64,000 nucleotides of DNA from a candidate division WWE3 bacterium UBA1379 (GTDB lineage Bacteria > Patescibacteriota > WWE3 > UBA101185 > UBA10185). Positions 8,488 to 20,300 of this stretch are shown piece by piece. The notes under the pieces were generated by a model. It made no database searches. It was not told where the DNA came from and worked only from the letters and a program-made list of their open reading frames with translations. Positions within the stretch are counted from its first letter, which is position 1. Every line of letters starts with the position of its first letter. The position numbers were made by a program, and so were the translations under genes. The DNA lies in assembly GCA_002305475.1 (NCBI GenBank), contig DBRB01000003.1, positions 111,844 through 175,843 of the forward strand, given 5' to 3'.

Positions 8488-9064
8488 ATTCCCAGTTTAC
8501 TACATTCCACCAGTTTTCGATATATTCCTGTCTGCGGTTATGATATTTCAGATAATAGGCATGCTCCCAAACGTCCAGACCCAGGACAGGTTTTTTACCT
8601 TCTGATATTGGGCTGTCCTGATTAGCAGTGGACATTATTTCCAGTTGTTTATTTTCATTTATTGCTAACCATGCCCACCCGCTCCCAAATCTATTAAGTG
8701 CTGCCTGGCTGAATTGCTGTTTGAAATTATCGAATGAACCGAATGTATTTTCTATAGCTGTTTTAATATCTTTGATGGGTTCTTTTGTACTCTCCGGTGA
8801 CATTACTTCCCAGAATAATGCATGATTGACATATCCCCCGCCGTTGTTGCGTACTGCAGTTCTGATTTCTTCTGGAACCAGATTTAAATCGATTAATAGT
8901 TCTTCTACATATTTTGTCTGCAGATCCGGATATTTCTCCAGTGCCTTATTTAAATTATCCAGATATGCCTGATGATGTTTCGAATAATGGATTTCCATAG
9001 TCTGCGCATCTATGTAAGGTTCAATAGCACTAAATGAGTATTTTAAAGTTGGCAATGCAAACAT
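8456..9064 (-). CDS. sodA: Fe/Mn superoxide dismutase
   Basis: The start was chosen at MFALPTLKY because an AGGAGG Shine-Dalgarno lies 6 nt upstream. Motifs EIHYSKHHQAYLDNLN and DVWEHAYYL are present. Confidence 0.9.
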   Translation of the reverse strand: MFALPTLKYSFSAIEPYIDAQTMEIHYSKHHQAYLDNLNKALEKYPDLQTKYVEELLIDLNLVPEEIRTAVRNNGGGYVNHALFWEVMSPESTKEPIKDIKTAIENTFGSFDNFKQQFSQAALNRFGSGWAWLAINENKQLEIMSTANQDSPISEGKKPVLGLDVWEHAYYLKYHNRRQEYIENWWNVVNWEYVDQLYNASN

Positions 9065-9183
9065 TTTTCCTCCTAATAAATATTTATGTATGTCTATATG
9101 AAACACTATCATAGAAGCGGATAGTATTTCAAGACGCAGGTATATGTATGATACATTTAGATGAGTAGGTTGTTAGATCTGAT

Positions 9184-10725
9184 ATGGACATCTGTAAGAG
9201 AAATATTTTAATATTTTTTGGTATATCGATTCTTCTTTTCACATTAATGTTTCCCCTTTCTTATTCGATCTCATTTATCCAAAATGATGAATGGGTACAT
9301 TACCTGGTTTTAAATAATTTTCTGGGTGGAAATTTTTCCCTGCATCCCAGAATAGGTTCAACATTTTATACACAGGGTATCCTGGCATATTTGTTTTCTT
9401 TAATCTGGTCCGTGGAAAGAATTCCCATCCTTACCCTATTTATATCTGTATTAAATTTTTATCTTACAGCATTAATTGTTCTCGTAAGGATGAAAAAAAG
9501 CCTTCTTATTTCCATCATAAGCGGATTATTTATTCTACTAAATCCTATCCATGTCTATTCACAATGGGGATTTATGACGGAAAACTACTTCCTGTTTTTC
9601 TTTCTATTATCACTGTATTTCAGTTTCGGATTTTTAAGTAATAATAAGTTTAATAACTTTTTCTTAGCTAATCTTTTTATGATCTTAGGTTTTTTCATCA
9701 AACAGTATGGATTGGTTCTGCCTGTATCATTCTCTTTTGCACTATTTGTTAAAAAACAATATAAACATGCAGTTATTCAATTTGTATTATCCGCAGTTCT
9801 ATTTCTTTTTTACAAAACATTATTCCCCATTACTCCTATAATGGAGAATCAGAGTTTAAGTTTTGATCATATATTTAACCTTAAATATATGGTTTCATAT
9901 TCTGCTGGGATTATGGTTTATTTATGTGCTTTTGTTCTTCCTTTAGTGTTTTCAGCTTCACTTAAAGGTTTATCCAGATCAAAACTGATAATTTCAGGAA
10001 TATTATCCCTCATATTATTATTTCTTCTTTTAAGTTTTTTTGATCGTTTGCAGTTTGAAAAAAGAGAATTTCCTTACTTTGAAAATACATTTGAGAGAAA
10101 TGGCTTTTTTACCATTGATATAACGGGATCCAAATACCCCCTTCCTTATGTGGATAATATTTTTAACTTATGGGAAATTATATCTTTTATTGTATTGGTT
10201 ATCGGGTTACCTCTTATACTTATGCGAAGAAAAGTGAATGATCCGGTATTTGTTCAACTGGGTTCCTGTATTCTTTTGTATTTTTCTTTCCTTTTACTGT
10301 CACCTATGTTATACGATCGATATCTTCTTCCTTTGGTTCCGTTATTTATTCTGATTGTTGTATTACCGCATCAATCGTTTTCAAAATCATCAATAAGTGT
10401 ATTTATGGCTTTTCTCATATTTCTGTTTTTTTTGAATTATCAATTCTCCATGGATTTTTTGGGACGGAATAATTACACCTGGCAGAAATCGGAGTCATTA
10501 TATAATTCAGGAATATCAAAAACTGATATAAATCCCGGTCATTCGTGGCGTATGCTTTCTTTGGACGAAGAACAAGTTGAACGTTGGGATTATATCTTCC
10601 GATATGATCCCATCAGTAAACGTCCGAAAGATATCGGGGATTGGGAAGTAATAGAAACTTATGAAGTGAAGTATCCGTTTAATATGTTTGAAGACCCATA
10701 CATCTATTTGTATAAACGGTTGTAA
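9184..10725 (+). CDS. polytopic membrane protein, putative GT-C-fold glycosyltransferase (paralog of 20877..22412)
   Basis: At least 10 TM helices are predicted. The motif FIQNDEWVHY directly after TM1 is a DE motif in the first outer loop, as in ArnT/PMT. It shares long stretches with 20877..22412 (NPIHVYSQWGFMTENYFLFFFLLSLYF versus NPLNIYSMWGFMSENYFLLFFLISVYF). Confidence 0.5.
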   Translation: MDICKRNILIFFGISILLFTLMFPLSYSISFIQNDEWVHYLVLNNFLGGNFSLHPRIGSTFYTQGILAYLFSLIWSVERIPILTLFISVLNFYLTALIVLVRMKKSLLISIISGLFILLNPIHVYSQWGFMTENYFLFFFLLSLYFSFGFLSNNKFNNFFLANLFMILGFFIKQYGLVLPVSFSFALFVKKQYKHAVIQFVLSAVLFLFYKTLFPITPIMENQSLSFDHIFNLKYMVSYSAGIMVYLCAFVLPLVFSASLKGLSRSKLIISGILSLILLFLLLSFFDRLQFEKREFPYFENTFERNGFFTIDITGSKYPLPYVDNIFNLWEIISFIVLVIGLPLILMRRKVNDPVFVQLGSCILLYFSFLLLSPMLYDRYLLPLVPLFILIVVLPHQSFSKSSISVFMAFLIFLFFLNYQFSMDFLGRNNYTWQKSESLYNSGISKTDINPGHSWRMLSLDEEQVERWDYIFRYDPISKRPKDIGDWEVIETYEVKYPFNMFEDPYIYLYKRL

Positions 10726-10783
10726 TGGGTATTAGTACTATAGTTACATTATCCGTAATTGCATTGTATAATTTGTTAGTTAC

Positions 10784-12118
10784 ATGAAGCTGTTAAAATT
10801 AAGAAACAATCTTATTGTTCAGGCACTTATTGTATTTATAATATTTTTCATCGCATACCTATCTAATCTTCGTTACGATTATTTCAAGAATCTAGAAACA
10901 CATTCTCCCAGGCGACTTATGACTTCCAGAGATTATGTCGGTAATACATTTCTTCCGTATCTGATCATTAAAAAAGGCACGTTTAATTTTGCAGATGATT
11001 TAAAGGTTATAAATAAATACATCCAGGGAAAACCATACTATGTGATAGACGTCAATGGAGGTTATTATGGTAAGTATCCCGTGTTTACAGGAGTATTAGC
11101 TGTACCGATATATCTAATTCCCGTGATCCTAAAAATACCACAACTTGAAACTATGCTGGATGTTTATAAAATTCTAGCGCTTGGTAGAATTGCTGCCTCT
11201 TTTTATACTGCTCTTTCAGTCGCAATCTTATACATGATTATTAGAAAATTATGGGATAAAAATAATTACGGTATATTTCCATTTCTATTTATAACTGCAT
11301 ATGCTCTTGGTACAAATGTATTATCCATAGCTAGTAGAGGGTTATGGCTTCATACCAGTTCGATATTGCTTATCAGTTTAGGGATTTTACTTATGGTATT
11401 AAGCATCAAAAACCCGAAATACATTCCATTTCTAAGTCTAATTGCCGGACTGTCCGTTATCGCCAGAACTACAAATATATTTTTTGCTGCCACGTTGTTT
11501 TTATATGTACTACTTCATTATAGGAAGTATTTGATAACATTCATTCTTTTTACCACTCCTACGGTAATCCTGTATTTTCTGCAAAACAAATTATTATATG
11601 GGGATTTTTTTCTGGAAGGATATCAGCTAAATGACAAAATTGAGTTTGTGACACCGCTTTTTGATGGTTTACATGGTCTGTTGTTCAGTCCCGGAAAAGG
11701 TTTTTTGTTTACGACTCCACTAATGTTTATAGGTATCATCTATATGATATTTTTCTATATATTGAGACTTCAGAAAAACGATATGGATGAAAAGAAGAGG
11801 TTAATGGCATATTTAGGTATTGTGTTTTTATGTGGTTTATTATTAAATGCGAAATGGCGGGACTGGCATGGGGCTGACAGATTCGGGCCTGCCTTATTAA
11901 CGGAGTTTTTGCCCATAACCGCGCTATTCAGTTATGATTTATTTGATAAATTTATCAGACGGAATAAAGTTCTTGCCTTATCAATATTCGTGATCATCTC
12001 TCTATATAGTATGTATGCACATGTAAATACAGTTCATTTCCGTAAGTCACGTTGTTCAGCAGATCATGTATGGACTTTTTACTGTCTGACAAAACCAAGT
12101 AAAGAATTGTTATATTAA
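10784..12118 (+). CDS. polytopic membrane protein, possibly GT-C-like
   Basis: The 444-aa protein has more than 10 TM helices and is co-directional and adjacent to GT-C genes. No clear DE motif was found. Confidence 0.4.
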   Translation: MKLLKLRNNLIVQALIVFIIFFIAYLSNLRYDYFKNLETHSPRRLMTSRDYVGNTFLPYLIIKKGTFNFADDLKVINKYIQGKPYYVIDVNGGYYGKYPVFTGVLAVPIYLIPVILKIPQLETMLDVYKILALGRIAASFYTALSVAILYMIIRKLWDKNNYGIFPFLFITAYALGTNVLSIASRGLWLHTSSILLISLGILLMVLSIKNPKYIPFLSLIAGLSVIARTTNIFFAATLFLYVLLHYRKYLITFILFTTPTVILYFLQNKLLYGDFFLEGYQLNDKIEFVTPLFDGLHGLLFSPGKGFLFTTPLMFIGIIYMIFFYILRLQKNDMDEKKRLMAYLGIVFLCGLLLNAKWRDWHGADRFGPALLTEFLPITALFSYDLFDKFIRRNKVLALSIFVIISLYSMYAHVNTVHFRKSRCSADHVWTFYCLTKPSKELLY

Positions 12119-12122
12119 TATT

Positions 12123-13580
12123 ATGAGTATTATGGGAATTAAGAATTCTAAAATTGAAATAGTATTTTTTATTCTACTAGCAGTAATATCTGCGATTCCC
12201 CGGTTTACACAGCTAGGATATTCTCATTTCTATGGTGATGAAACAAAAGCCATGTATGTGAAGAAAAACTTCTCGGCAACAGAGTTTTTTTTCAATCAGA
12301 GAAAGGGTCCGATGCAGGGATTGATCAGCTGGTTAACGGAAAAAGTATCAGGAGGTTTTAGTGAAAGAGATATGAGAATACCTTTTGCTATCAGCGGATT
12401 TCTCTCTGTAATTTTATTCTACTTTATTGTTCGTGCAGCAATAAATTGGCAAACCGCAGCTGTGAGTTCATTCCTGTTTTCTTTAAACGGGTTTTATTTA
12501 GCATTTAGTAGGACAGTGCAGTATCAAAGTTTACTCTTATTCTTCGGATTGTTCTCCATACTACTATGTGTACTCATATCAAAAACTGCTAATCAGCGAT
12601 TAAAAATTCATTTGTTGATAGGTGCTGGTTTATTTATGGGTTTGAGCTTTTTAACTCATTATGATGCTGTATTCTTTATGGTTCCCTCAGTACTGCTTCT
12701 ATGGAGTGGCGGTAATAGGATCCGAAATATATTTATTTATGGTGCTACTACTGCAATTATGGCTTCACTTTTTTATGTTCCATATATTTTCAAAGGGTTT
12801 TTCTACTTCAACACCAGCATCTATATGATAAACCGGTTTGCAGGTATCGACTCCCTGCCCAATAACAGTCTTTTTACCTATAATGTATACAATCCTTTTT
12901 ATATAACTTTTGCATTTGTTGTATTTATCATCATGGCACTTCTCAGACTGCATAAGAATTATATTGTCAGAATTACACTTGTCTGGTTTTTAGTTCCATT
13001 TGTGGCATTTGAAGTGGTGTTTTCCAACCCCGGTACGCATATTCATAATTATGTTATTCCGCTGTTTATATTTGCTGGATATGGAGTGTATCTTGTGTAC
13101 TGCTATTTGAAAAACAAAATAGTGAGGTCGGTATTTTCCTTTGTTGTAGTTGCTGCTTTAGCACTGATAACTACCATAGGTTATTCATTGTATATTCCCG
13201 CATTTCACACCGGTTATCCCTGGAAACAGTCAAAGTTTCTGACGATGGATATTCCTGCCGTAGATAGAAATACATTTCAATTATTTATATATGGATTCCC
13301 ATATTACAGAGGATGGGATCAGGTTAGAAATTTTGTATTTAACCAAAAAGCAGAGTTAGCGAGAAACTTTTCCACTAATGATAATGTGACGGTGGCTGAA
13401 TACTATCTATCTCCACTGCTGGCATATCATGCTAAACCGCAGTTCTATATCTATGTAGTGGACGGTATGCTTGCAAAACCAAAACTACCTGAAACCGAAG
13501 ATATATTTACGTACTTTTTAATGAAAGAAATTATGGTAGACGATGAAGTGACCGCCCAGATCTATAGAAGAATCATTTAG
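12123..13580 (+). CDS. GT-C glycosyltransferase, ArnT/PMT_2-like (GT39/GT83-type); paralog of 15823..17310
   Basis: The motif YGDETKAMYV...NQRKGPMQGLISW...RIPFAISGFLSVILFYFIVR matches the ArnT/PMT_2 pattern (DEa.Y...KPPL.YWl...RLPSAL.G.L.VLL.Y). Its paralog carries KDEH...SQRKGPMQVFVSY. Confidence 0.6.
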   Translation: MSIMGIKNSKIEIVFFILLAVISAIPRFTQLGYSHFYGDETKAMYVKKNFSATEFFFNQRKGPMQGLISWLTEKVSGGFSERDMRIPFAISGFLSVILFYFIVRAAINWQTAAVSSFLFSLNGFYLAFSRTVQYQSLLLFFGLFSILLCVLISKTANQRLKIHLLIGAGLFMGLSFLTHYDAVFFMVPSVLLLWSGGNRIRNIFIYGATTAIMASLFYVPYIFKGFFYFNTSIYMINRFAGIDSLPNNSLFTYNVYNPFYITFAFVVFIIMALLRLHKNYIVRITLVWFLVPFVAFEVVFSNPGTHIHNYVIPLFIFAGYGVYLVYCYLKNKIVRSVFSFVVVAALALITTIGYSLYIPAFHTGYPWKQSKFLTMDIPAVDRNTFQLFIYGFPYYRGWDQVRNFVFNQKAELARNFSTNDNVTVAEYYLSPLLAYHAKPQFYIYVVDGMLAKPKLPETEDIFTYFLMKEIMVDDEVTAQIYRRII

Positions 13581-15108
13581 TCAGAGTACCGATATATAAT
13601 AGTGGTGCATTTTCTCTTTTAATCTCCCCAAGAATATTTAATTTCATATCCCTTTGTTTTGTCCTTTCGTAATCACATAGAATCAGATCAGCATCCCTTG
13701 ATTCATTCACCATCTCAAAACTTCCCTTTCCAAAGTACCATACAGAATTTGATACATTACAAGGGTATACTTTTAAAACTTTTGGAAATTCTTTGCGGTG
13801 ATCAATAACCCACTGCGTTCCCTCTTTATACGAGGCACCCCAGTAGTCGGTTTCGTATGCATCATAAGTGTTTTTAAGTCCTCCTGTTAATTCATTGAAA
13901 TATATGTATTCAAAAGGGTGCAGATGAATCATCCTGATAAGAGTGAATAGCAGATAAATGGTGAAGATGGATACTACTGTAATAAATAATTTACGATTGT
14001 TTGTTGAATATAAGTCATTAAGAAATATTACGGCTAACATGATAAAAATGGGAACTAAAAAGAGAAAATGACGGATACCGTTATATATTATCGGATTGAT
14101 GGAAAAATAAACAGTGAAATTAATCAATACAGAAATAAGTAGTAAAAAATATATGGGTATTTTTATAAACCTCTTAACATAGATCACAGACAGTATTAAA
14201 GGTATTAATGTGTGTAGTGGTGTGGTGATAAGAAACCAAATAGGAAGATAAATGATCGGATGATTATATTTATCCAACATACTTCCCATGAATAGAATTT
14301 CATGATTCCATAGATCAAATGTTGAGGATACTGCGATAAGTCGGATGAAATTTCTTACCGGAGATTCCCACAAACTGGGAAGAAATCCCACCATAACTAT
14401 GATTGATCCGATTCCTACAAAGATAGTGCTATATGTGGTTTTCATCAGGGATTTTTTAATATTATCCAAAGTTAAACTGTCTTTTAATCCCATCTTAAGG
14501 TTAAAGACCGCATATATAATTAAGAGTGTAAGTCCTAATATCCGGGTGCTTTGCGTTATTCCTATTAATACTGCTAAGCTTAAATATTCAATGATGGGTT
14601 TATTCTTAGTTGTTCCAAAGTAATATATTGCAAAAAGACTGAGAGTATACATAATGGCAAAAGGTATATCTTTAGGGTTACCCGGAAGATCACCTGTAAA
14701 TCTAGGGGTGAGAAATAAAAGTAGTACTGCGGATATAGCAGCAAATTTACTTTTAAGAGCCTTATATATAAAAAGATAGATTAATATGAAAGCTGCAGAT
14801 CCTAATATCAGATTGATCAGGTGATTCCATTCATAATAGTTTTTGGTATTGATTAATATATGTATCAGAAGATGAGCGCGTGAATAAGGAGCTTCAAGAG
14901 GATTATAATTCCATCCCTTAGAATAAAGATAATCACGTGATGCATTATCAAATAACATCTGTTTAAGTAGTCTGGTTGAAATATATTCTGTATCTTCATC
15001 CGCTGTTATTCCAAAGTCCTTATAGAATAGAAATGATAAAACCAGATAAAAAACTAAGAATATAAAAATCGGGTAATGTTTTCTAATAATATTTATAATC
15101 ACCGTCAC
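13573..15108 (-). CDS. GT-C-like membrane glycosyltransferase; paralog of 23870..25426
   Basis: The motif ITADEDTEYIS follows TM1. The protein has more than 10 TMs, and its architecture matches 23870..25426 (YADEPEIAELA). Confidence 0.5.
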   Translation of the reverse strand: MTVIINIIRKHYPIFIFLVFYLVLSFLFYKDFGITADEDTEYISTRLLKQMLFDNASRDYLYSKGWNYNPLEAPYSRAHLLIHILINTKNYYEWNHLINLILGSAAFILIYLFIYKALKSKFAAISAVLLLFLTPRFTGDLPGNPKDIPFAIMYTLSLFAIYYFGTTKNKPIIEYLSLAVLIGITQSTRILGLTLLIIYAVFNLKMGLKDSLTLDNIKKSLMKTTYSTIFVGIGSIIVMVGFLPSLWESPVRNFIRLIAVSSTFDLWNHEILFMGSMLDKYNHPIIYLPIWFLITTPLHTLIPLILSVIYVKRFIKIPIYFLLLISVLINFTVYFSINPIIYNGIRHFLFLVPIFIMLAVIFLNDLYSTNNRKLFITVVSIFTIYLLFTLIRMIHLHPFEYIYFNELTGGLKNTYDAYETDYWGASYKEGTQWVIDHRKEFPKVLKVYPCNVSNSVWYFGKGSFEMVNESRDADLILCDYERTKQRDMKLNILGEIKRENAPLLYIGTLTK

Positions 15109-15197
15109 TATTTTACACTATATAAATCTATCCTTTAAGCAATAAATCTCCAATGCAAATACTTGCATATAAAATATATACCCTCTATGATTAAGCT

Positions 15198-15815
15198 ATG
15201 GGTGATAAGATTACCCGTCATTACCAGCCCAGAGGTAGTAAGGATAAACTGATAACCTCTAAAGAGAAAACCAGCGGAGCTGCAGCGGTTATTTCAAAAT
15301 TTCTCAGCACCAGTGAATCAGATGATCCAGAGACCATAATCGATATTAAAATAACCAATCCCCTAAAAAGAATCTATGAGTTAATACAGGAAATTAAAAA
15401 GCATCAGACTACTACCTTTAATCTGAAGTTTACTATTCCTCTTATTGCTTTACCTATATTTCTATTTGCGGCATTTAAAATTGGGCAAGGTCAGGGTGCC
15501 TGCCGGCAGTTTTATAAGTCAAAAACTGGGTTAGTAAGGGTGCTGAGTATTGATGTTCCGCAGGAATCTAAGGATAGAATTACTTTCTTATCATCTCTAC
15601 TATCATTCATTCCCTCTTTTGAACCGACAACATATTATATTGAGGAAAGCAGAACAATCTTAATTGACAATAATGGGAATACGACAACGATTTTACATCC
15701 TAAGTATATTAACTTTTCTCTGCTGGATAATAAGAAAGTAATAATTACAGGTGAATACTCTTCCTGTGCAAGTGTATTAAGTGTAGTATCAGAAAAGAAT
15801 GTGATGGAACTTTAA
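15198..15815 (+). CDS. hypothetical protein with one TM
   Basis: The 205-aa ORF has one central hydrophobic helix (IPLIALPIFLFAAF). No motif was recognised. Confidence 0.4.
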   Translation: MGDKITRHYQPRGSKDKLITSKEKTSGAAAVISKFLSTSESDDPETIIDIKITNPLKRIYELIQEIKKHQTTTFNLKFTIPLIALPIFLFAAFKIGQGQGACRQFYKSKTGLVRVLSIDVPQESKDRITFLSSLLSFIPSFEPTTYYIEESRTILIDNNGNTTTILHPKYINFSLLDNKKVIITGEYSSCASVLSVVSEKNVMEL

Positions 15816-15822
15816 GTATGAT

Positions 15823-17310
15823 TTATGGGTTTTCCACCCGATAAATTCTCACAACCGTTTCTCCGTTAATTTCAATCTCTTTTACAGTTCTTTTGTTTTT
15901 TATTTGAGGTGCTTTCCAGTCATTGACAAAACTTAACGGCTGTTTTACAGCTATGTAGTAATAAGCAGGAGTACTTGTCCCATATGAAGCATCCATATAA
16001 AAATTACTGGTGGATGCATCTTCATTGGTAATATATTTTAGATTCTCGTTATTGATCCTGTTTTGTTCATTGACGAATTCATTTATTTGATCCCAATCTC
16101 TACGCAATGGAAAACCGAATAAAGGTAGTACTGGGTAATCCTCATAATTAATTGTTTCATATTTACCCAGTATTTTTTCCTGTCTCCAAGGATACTCTAC
16201 CGTATGATCTACAAAAAGTATGTAGGTCTGATAGTAGAAGAAAGAAAAAAGAGCAAGAAAAGAAAGGATGATAACTCCTCTGATTAATTTCGGAGAATAA
16301 CAAAGTATTCTTTCAATGCCGATAGCACAAACTACCAGTGCCGGTATTACAAAATTATAGATATGGGTTCCCGGTTTAATAACAAAGAAATTGAACACCA
16401 GGTAAGTAAATACTGCCCAGCTTAAAAAGTAATAATTCTTTTTAATAAAGATACCTCCGATTGCAGTTCCTATGATCAGAAACCAGTAGAATACGAAAGG
16501 ATGATACAGTTCAATAAGAGTTCTTATACTATGGTCTTTCTCACCAACTCCAACCCTTCTGAATAAATAGCGTTGATTATCAGAAGATTCTAATTGATAC
16601 AAAATATATGGAATAAGATATGGCAGAAGAAGAAGGCAACCCAGCAGAAAGTTAATTACCAATACTTGTATTTTGTATTTAGTTTCATGTCGTTTATTAA
16701 ACAAGAATTGAGCCAAGATAATAGCTATTGGTAGGACAGCAAATACTGCATCCCAATGGGAAAGAATTGATAAACAGTAAAAAAATGTTCCTAGCAGGGT
16801 TTTAAAGAAAGTCTTTTTCCTGTCTTTTATATCAAGAAGGTCGCTATACAAGTATAGAGACAGAAAAGTAAATATAAGATTCAGATTTTGGTATTGAACT
16901 ATCCTACCAAAAGCTGAGACAAAACCGTTAACCAGATATAGCAAAGCTGAGATAAATCCTATCATGCGATTTTTGGTGAGTTTGGAAATCATTAGATAGA
17001 AAAATACTACTGAAGCAATATTAATTAATGCATATGGGATACGTTCTGCAAGTTCATTATGAAAATCATGGGTAAATAAATATGGTATATAGGATACAAA
17101 GACCTGCATTGGCCCTTTACGCTGTGAGATGAAAAATTGTACAGGTGACACTGTAACTCTGTGATCAAAAAAGGTCCTATGTTCATCCTTAACATAATCT
17201 GAATATCCTAAATTGATGAATCTTAGGGGGAGGGTTAATATTATCAACAATACGATGATAATCCATTCTTTTGTGACTATTCTCATTAAAGCATTAAATG
17301 AGTTTTTCAT
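15823..17310 (-). CDS. GT-C glycosyltransferase, ArnT/PMT_2-like; paralog of 12123..13580
   Basis: The motif GYSDYVKDEHRTFF...SQRKGPMQVFVSYIPY is present. The TM topology matches its paralog. Confidence 0.6.
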   Translation of the reverse strand: MKNSFNALMRIVTKEWIIIVLLIILTLPLRFINLGYSDYVKDEHRTFFDHRVTVSPVQFFISQRKGPMQVFVSYIPYLFTHDFHNELAERIPYALINIASVVFFYLMISKLTKNRMIGFISALLYLVNGFVSAFGRIVQYQNLNLIFTFLSLYLYSDLLDIKDRKKTFFKTLLGTFFYCLSILSHWDAVFAVLPIAIILAQFLFNKRHETKYKIQVLVINFLLGCLLLLPYLIPYILYQLESSDNQRYLFRRVGVGEKDHSIRTLIELYHPFVFYWFLIIGTAIGGIFIKKNYYFLSWAVFTYLVFNFFVIKPGTHIYNFVIPALVVCAIGIERILCYSPKLIRGVIILSFLALFSFFYYQTYILFVDHTVEYPWRQEKILGKYETINYEDYPVLPLFGFPLRRDWDQINEFVNEQNRINNENLKYITNEDASTSNFYMDASYGTSTPAYYYIAVKQPLSFVNDWKAPQIKNKRTVKEIEINGETVVRIYRVENP

Positions 17311-20300
17311 TGTATACTACCAATAATATGGGTGATAAAGAAAATCGGCAAGTCCCGGCGATTAACATCAGAGAGGTTGTAACTTTAATAATATTTTCTT
17401 TAATATTTTTATTTGTTTATAGATTTGATTATTTTTTCAGCGGAAAAATTGTTAAGGGAGGAGATCCAGAAGGGTTTTTCTATCCCTCTGCCTATTATCT
17501 TTATCAGCAATTAATTTCAGGAAAGTTTCCTTTTTGGACAGAACGGATATTTTTAGGTTTCCCTGCTTTCGCAATGTCCGAATTTGCTTATCTTAATCCC
17601 TTACGTATTATCGGTGTTTTGGTTTTTGGTCCTTTTGCAGTTTTTAAATTTGAACATATACTTTTTTATCTATTGGGTGTCATCGGAATATACGGAATAT
17701 TAAAAAAAACAGGTGTCAACATTTTGGGAATATTCGTCAGTATCATTACCTACTACTTTTCTTTTTTTCACATATACCGCACTATACATTTTAATTTTCT
17801 TCTCACCACATATCTATTGCCTATTAACATATTCTTAATATGGTCATTTATAACTTCGAATCGCCTAAGGTATTTATTAATTAATGCACTATTGGTATCA
17901 ATTACTATATATTATGGAAACTACAATGCAGTGGCATTATGTCTGATTCCTCAGATATTGTTGTTTGCTGTATATATAACCAAAGTTAAAATTCTTGAAC
18001 TGGTTAAAGGTTTAATGGTGATGTTGTTTTTTATTTCCATGTTTTCTATGCCTGCAATTATGTCAACATATTCTTTGTATTCTCAGAGCACACGGGGATC
18101 AGGAAATTTAAATTTTGTGGATGGATCAATAGCCCCCATACTATCATTATCTGTAGTTTATCCGTTTCTGTTAGGATACGGTGAAAATTTTATCGGTCAG
18201 ACGATAAATAATAATTATTATGAGCATGAAATCTACTTTTATTTCGGAATAGTGTCGGTATTATTAGCAATAATAGGTTATGTGTTTCAAGAGAGAAACA
18301 GTCGGGTTAGATTATTTCTATCTCTGAATATAGCAATATTTTTTATCTTTGGTTTTTTGGAATACTTGCCGTTTAAAACCCTGTTGAATGTCTTTCCGGT
18401 AAATCTTTTCAGATATTATGTCAGAACGTCCTTTTTAGGGTTATTATCTGTATCGATTTTTTCCGCAATTGGACTGCATATTTTAATCACTAATACAGAC
18501 TTTAAGCTGACAAAAACACGAATAATTCGAATACTTGTCTTATGCATTATTCCTTTCTATTATCTACTCTTGGATCTGATTAACCCCGGTCTAATTTATT
18601 CTAAGCAGATACTTGCTTTTATTATTAGAGGAGGTGCATTATATGAAAAAATTTGGTTCACCATTTTAGTTTCCTCTATTATTATTTTTGTGTTTTTCCT
18701 GAAACAAAAGAAATTTAGAAAAATATATACCGGTGTAATTATTTTTCTTGTTATTGCAGATTTGTATTTTTTTACCGGTATCGTTGGAAATGAGTTGTTA
18801 ATAGAAAAATATATACCGGATGCCCCTGAGTTAGGAAATACCAGGGTACTTTATACAAATCCCGAAATCATAGGTAATATGCCATTGTATTGGAATAATT
18901 GGAGTGTTTATGGCACATCCACCACTTTTGAATCTGGTTTGCAAAAAGAACTCTACAAATCTCATGGTTTAAAAAGTATAAGAAGATTTGATGATTCATT
19001 TCGCATGGATCAATTGCCAGCGTATTCCGAGAACCTGACCAAGCTAGGAATAGAAAAGGTAATCGTGGATGATAATACTGTTTTAGATTTAAACAATGAA
19101 AATAATGTTTTTGACAAAAGTATATATGGACTAACTGGAAACGTTATTGAAGCTGAAGAGGGTCATATTAAATATGAGATAGATAGTGATAAACGCCAGG
19201 AGATAACAACAAAAATAAAGAACTTTACCGGATGGAGAGTGTTTATAAACAATATAGAACGAAAAGTTACTTCTACTAAGGATGATCTGTTTATAAAGTT
19301 TTATCTGGACATGGGTAAAAATATAGTAGAAATGCAATACTTTCCCCTACCCTTATATAGAGGTTTACTTATCTCATTCTGTTTATTACTAGTTTATTTG
19401 TATTTTAGGTTAGTAAGACTGGATAAAATAAAAAAATTTATTCTATTTATTTCCATAGTACTATCTCTTGCTGTTTTTCTTTATAAATCCGATTACAAAT
19501 CAGTATTTACTGATGAGGTGCTGTATTTAGAATCAGGAAGAGAGTATCTGTCGGGTAATTTTGAAAACAATCTTCAGCACCCGCTTATTGGAAAATATAT
19601 TGCAGGGATATCCGATTTCACCAGATCAAGAGATTTATCAATATTAAGACTGCCGTTTGTTTTGTTATCCTTTGGCACAGCTATAGTGACTTTTATGATT
19701 ATAAGTCCTGTATATGGCTTTTATTTTGGCATATTAGGGATGCTTCTATACACCACAATGCCATTTACATATATCTCGGGGAGAATGATTCTTTTTGAAT
19801 CCCCTATGCATTTCTTCTGGTCATTGTTTCATCTGTATTTTCTGAAATACCTGAAAAACAGAAATTTGAAAACAGCACTAGTTGCAGGATTTTTTATCGG
19901 GCTGAGTATGGGAACAAAGTATACTTCTATTATTTTATATCCGTTTTCTTTACTAATAGTATTAATGGTATGTGGTAAGAAGATCAATATAAGACAATTA
20001 CTCACTATGTATATATCATCTGCGTTTGTATTCGGTATTACTTGGCTTCATATGGTAATAAAGTTAGGTATGCCATCATTGATTATCGCTGCCAAGGAAG
20101 CTAAGAATATATTTTTCGGAAGAAATGAGGAAGGAAAAATCCATGTTGTTAACGGTAAGTTATATGAGAAGTCTCCTTTTTGGTTCTATTTTTATTATAT
20201 ATACCATCAGTATAATCCTGTTCAAATGATAGTATCAGGGTTATCAGTATTGGCTGCTCTGTTCAGAAGAAAATATTTTGAGAATTACTGGTTGATATTT

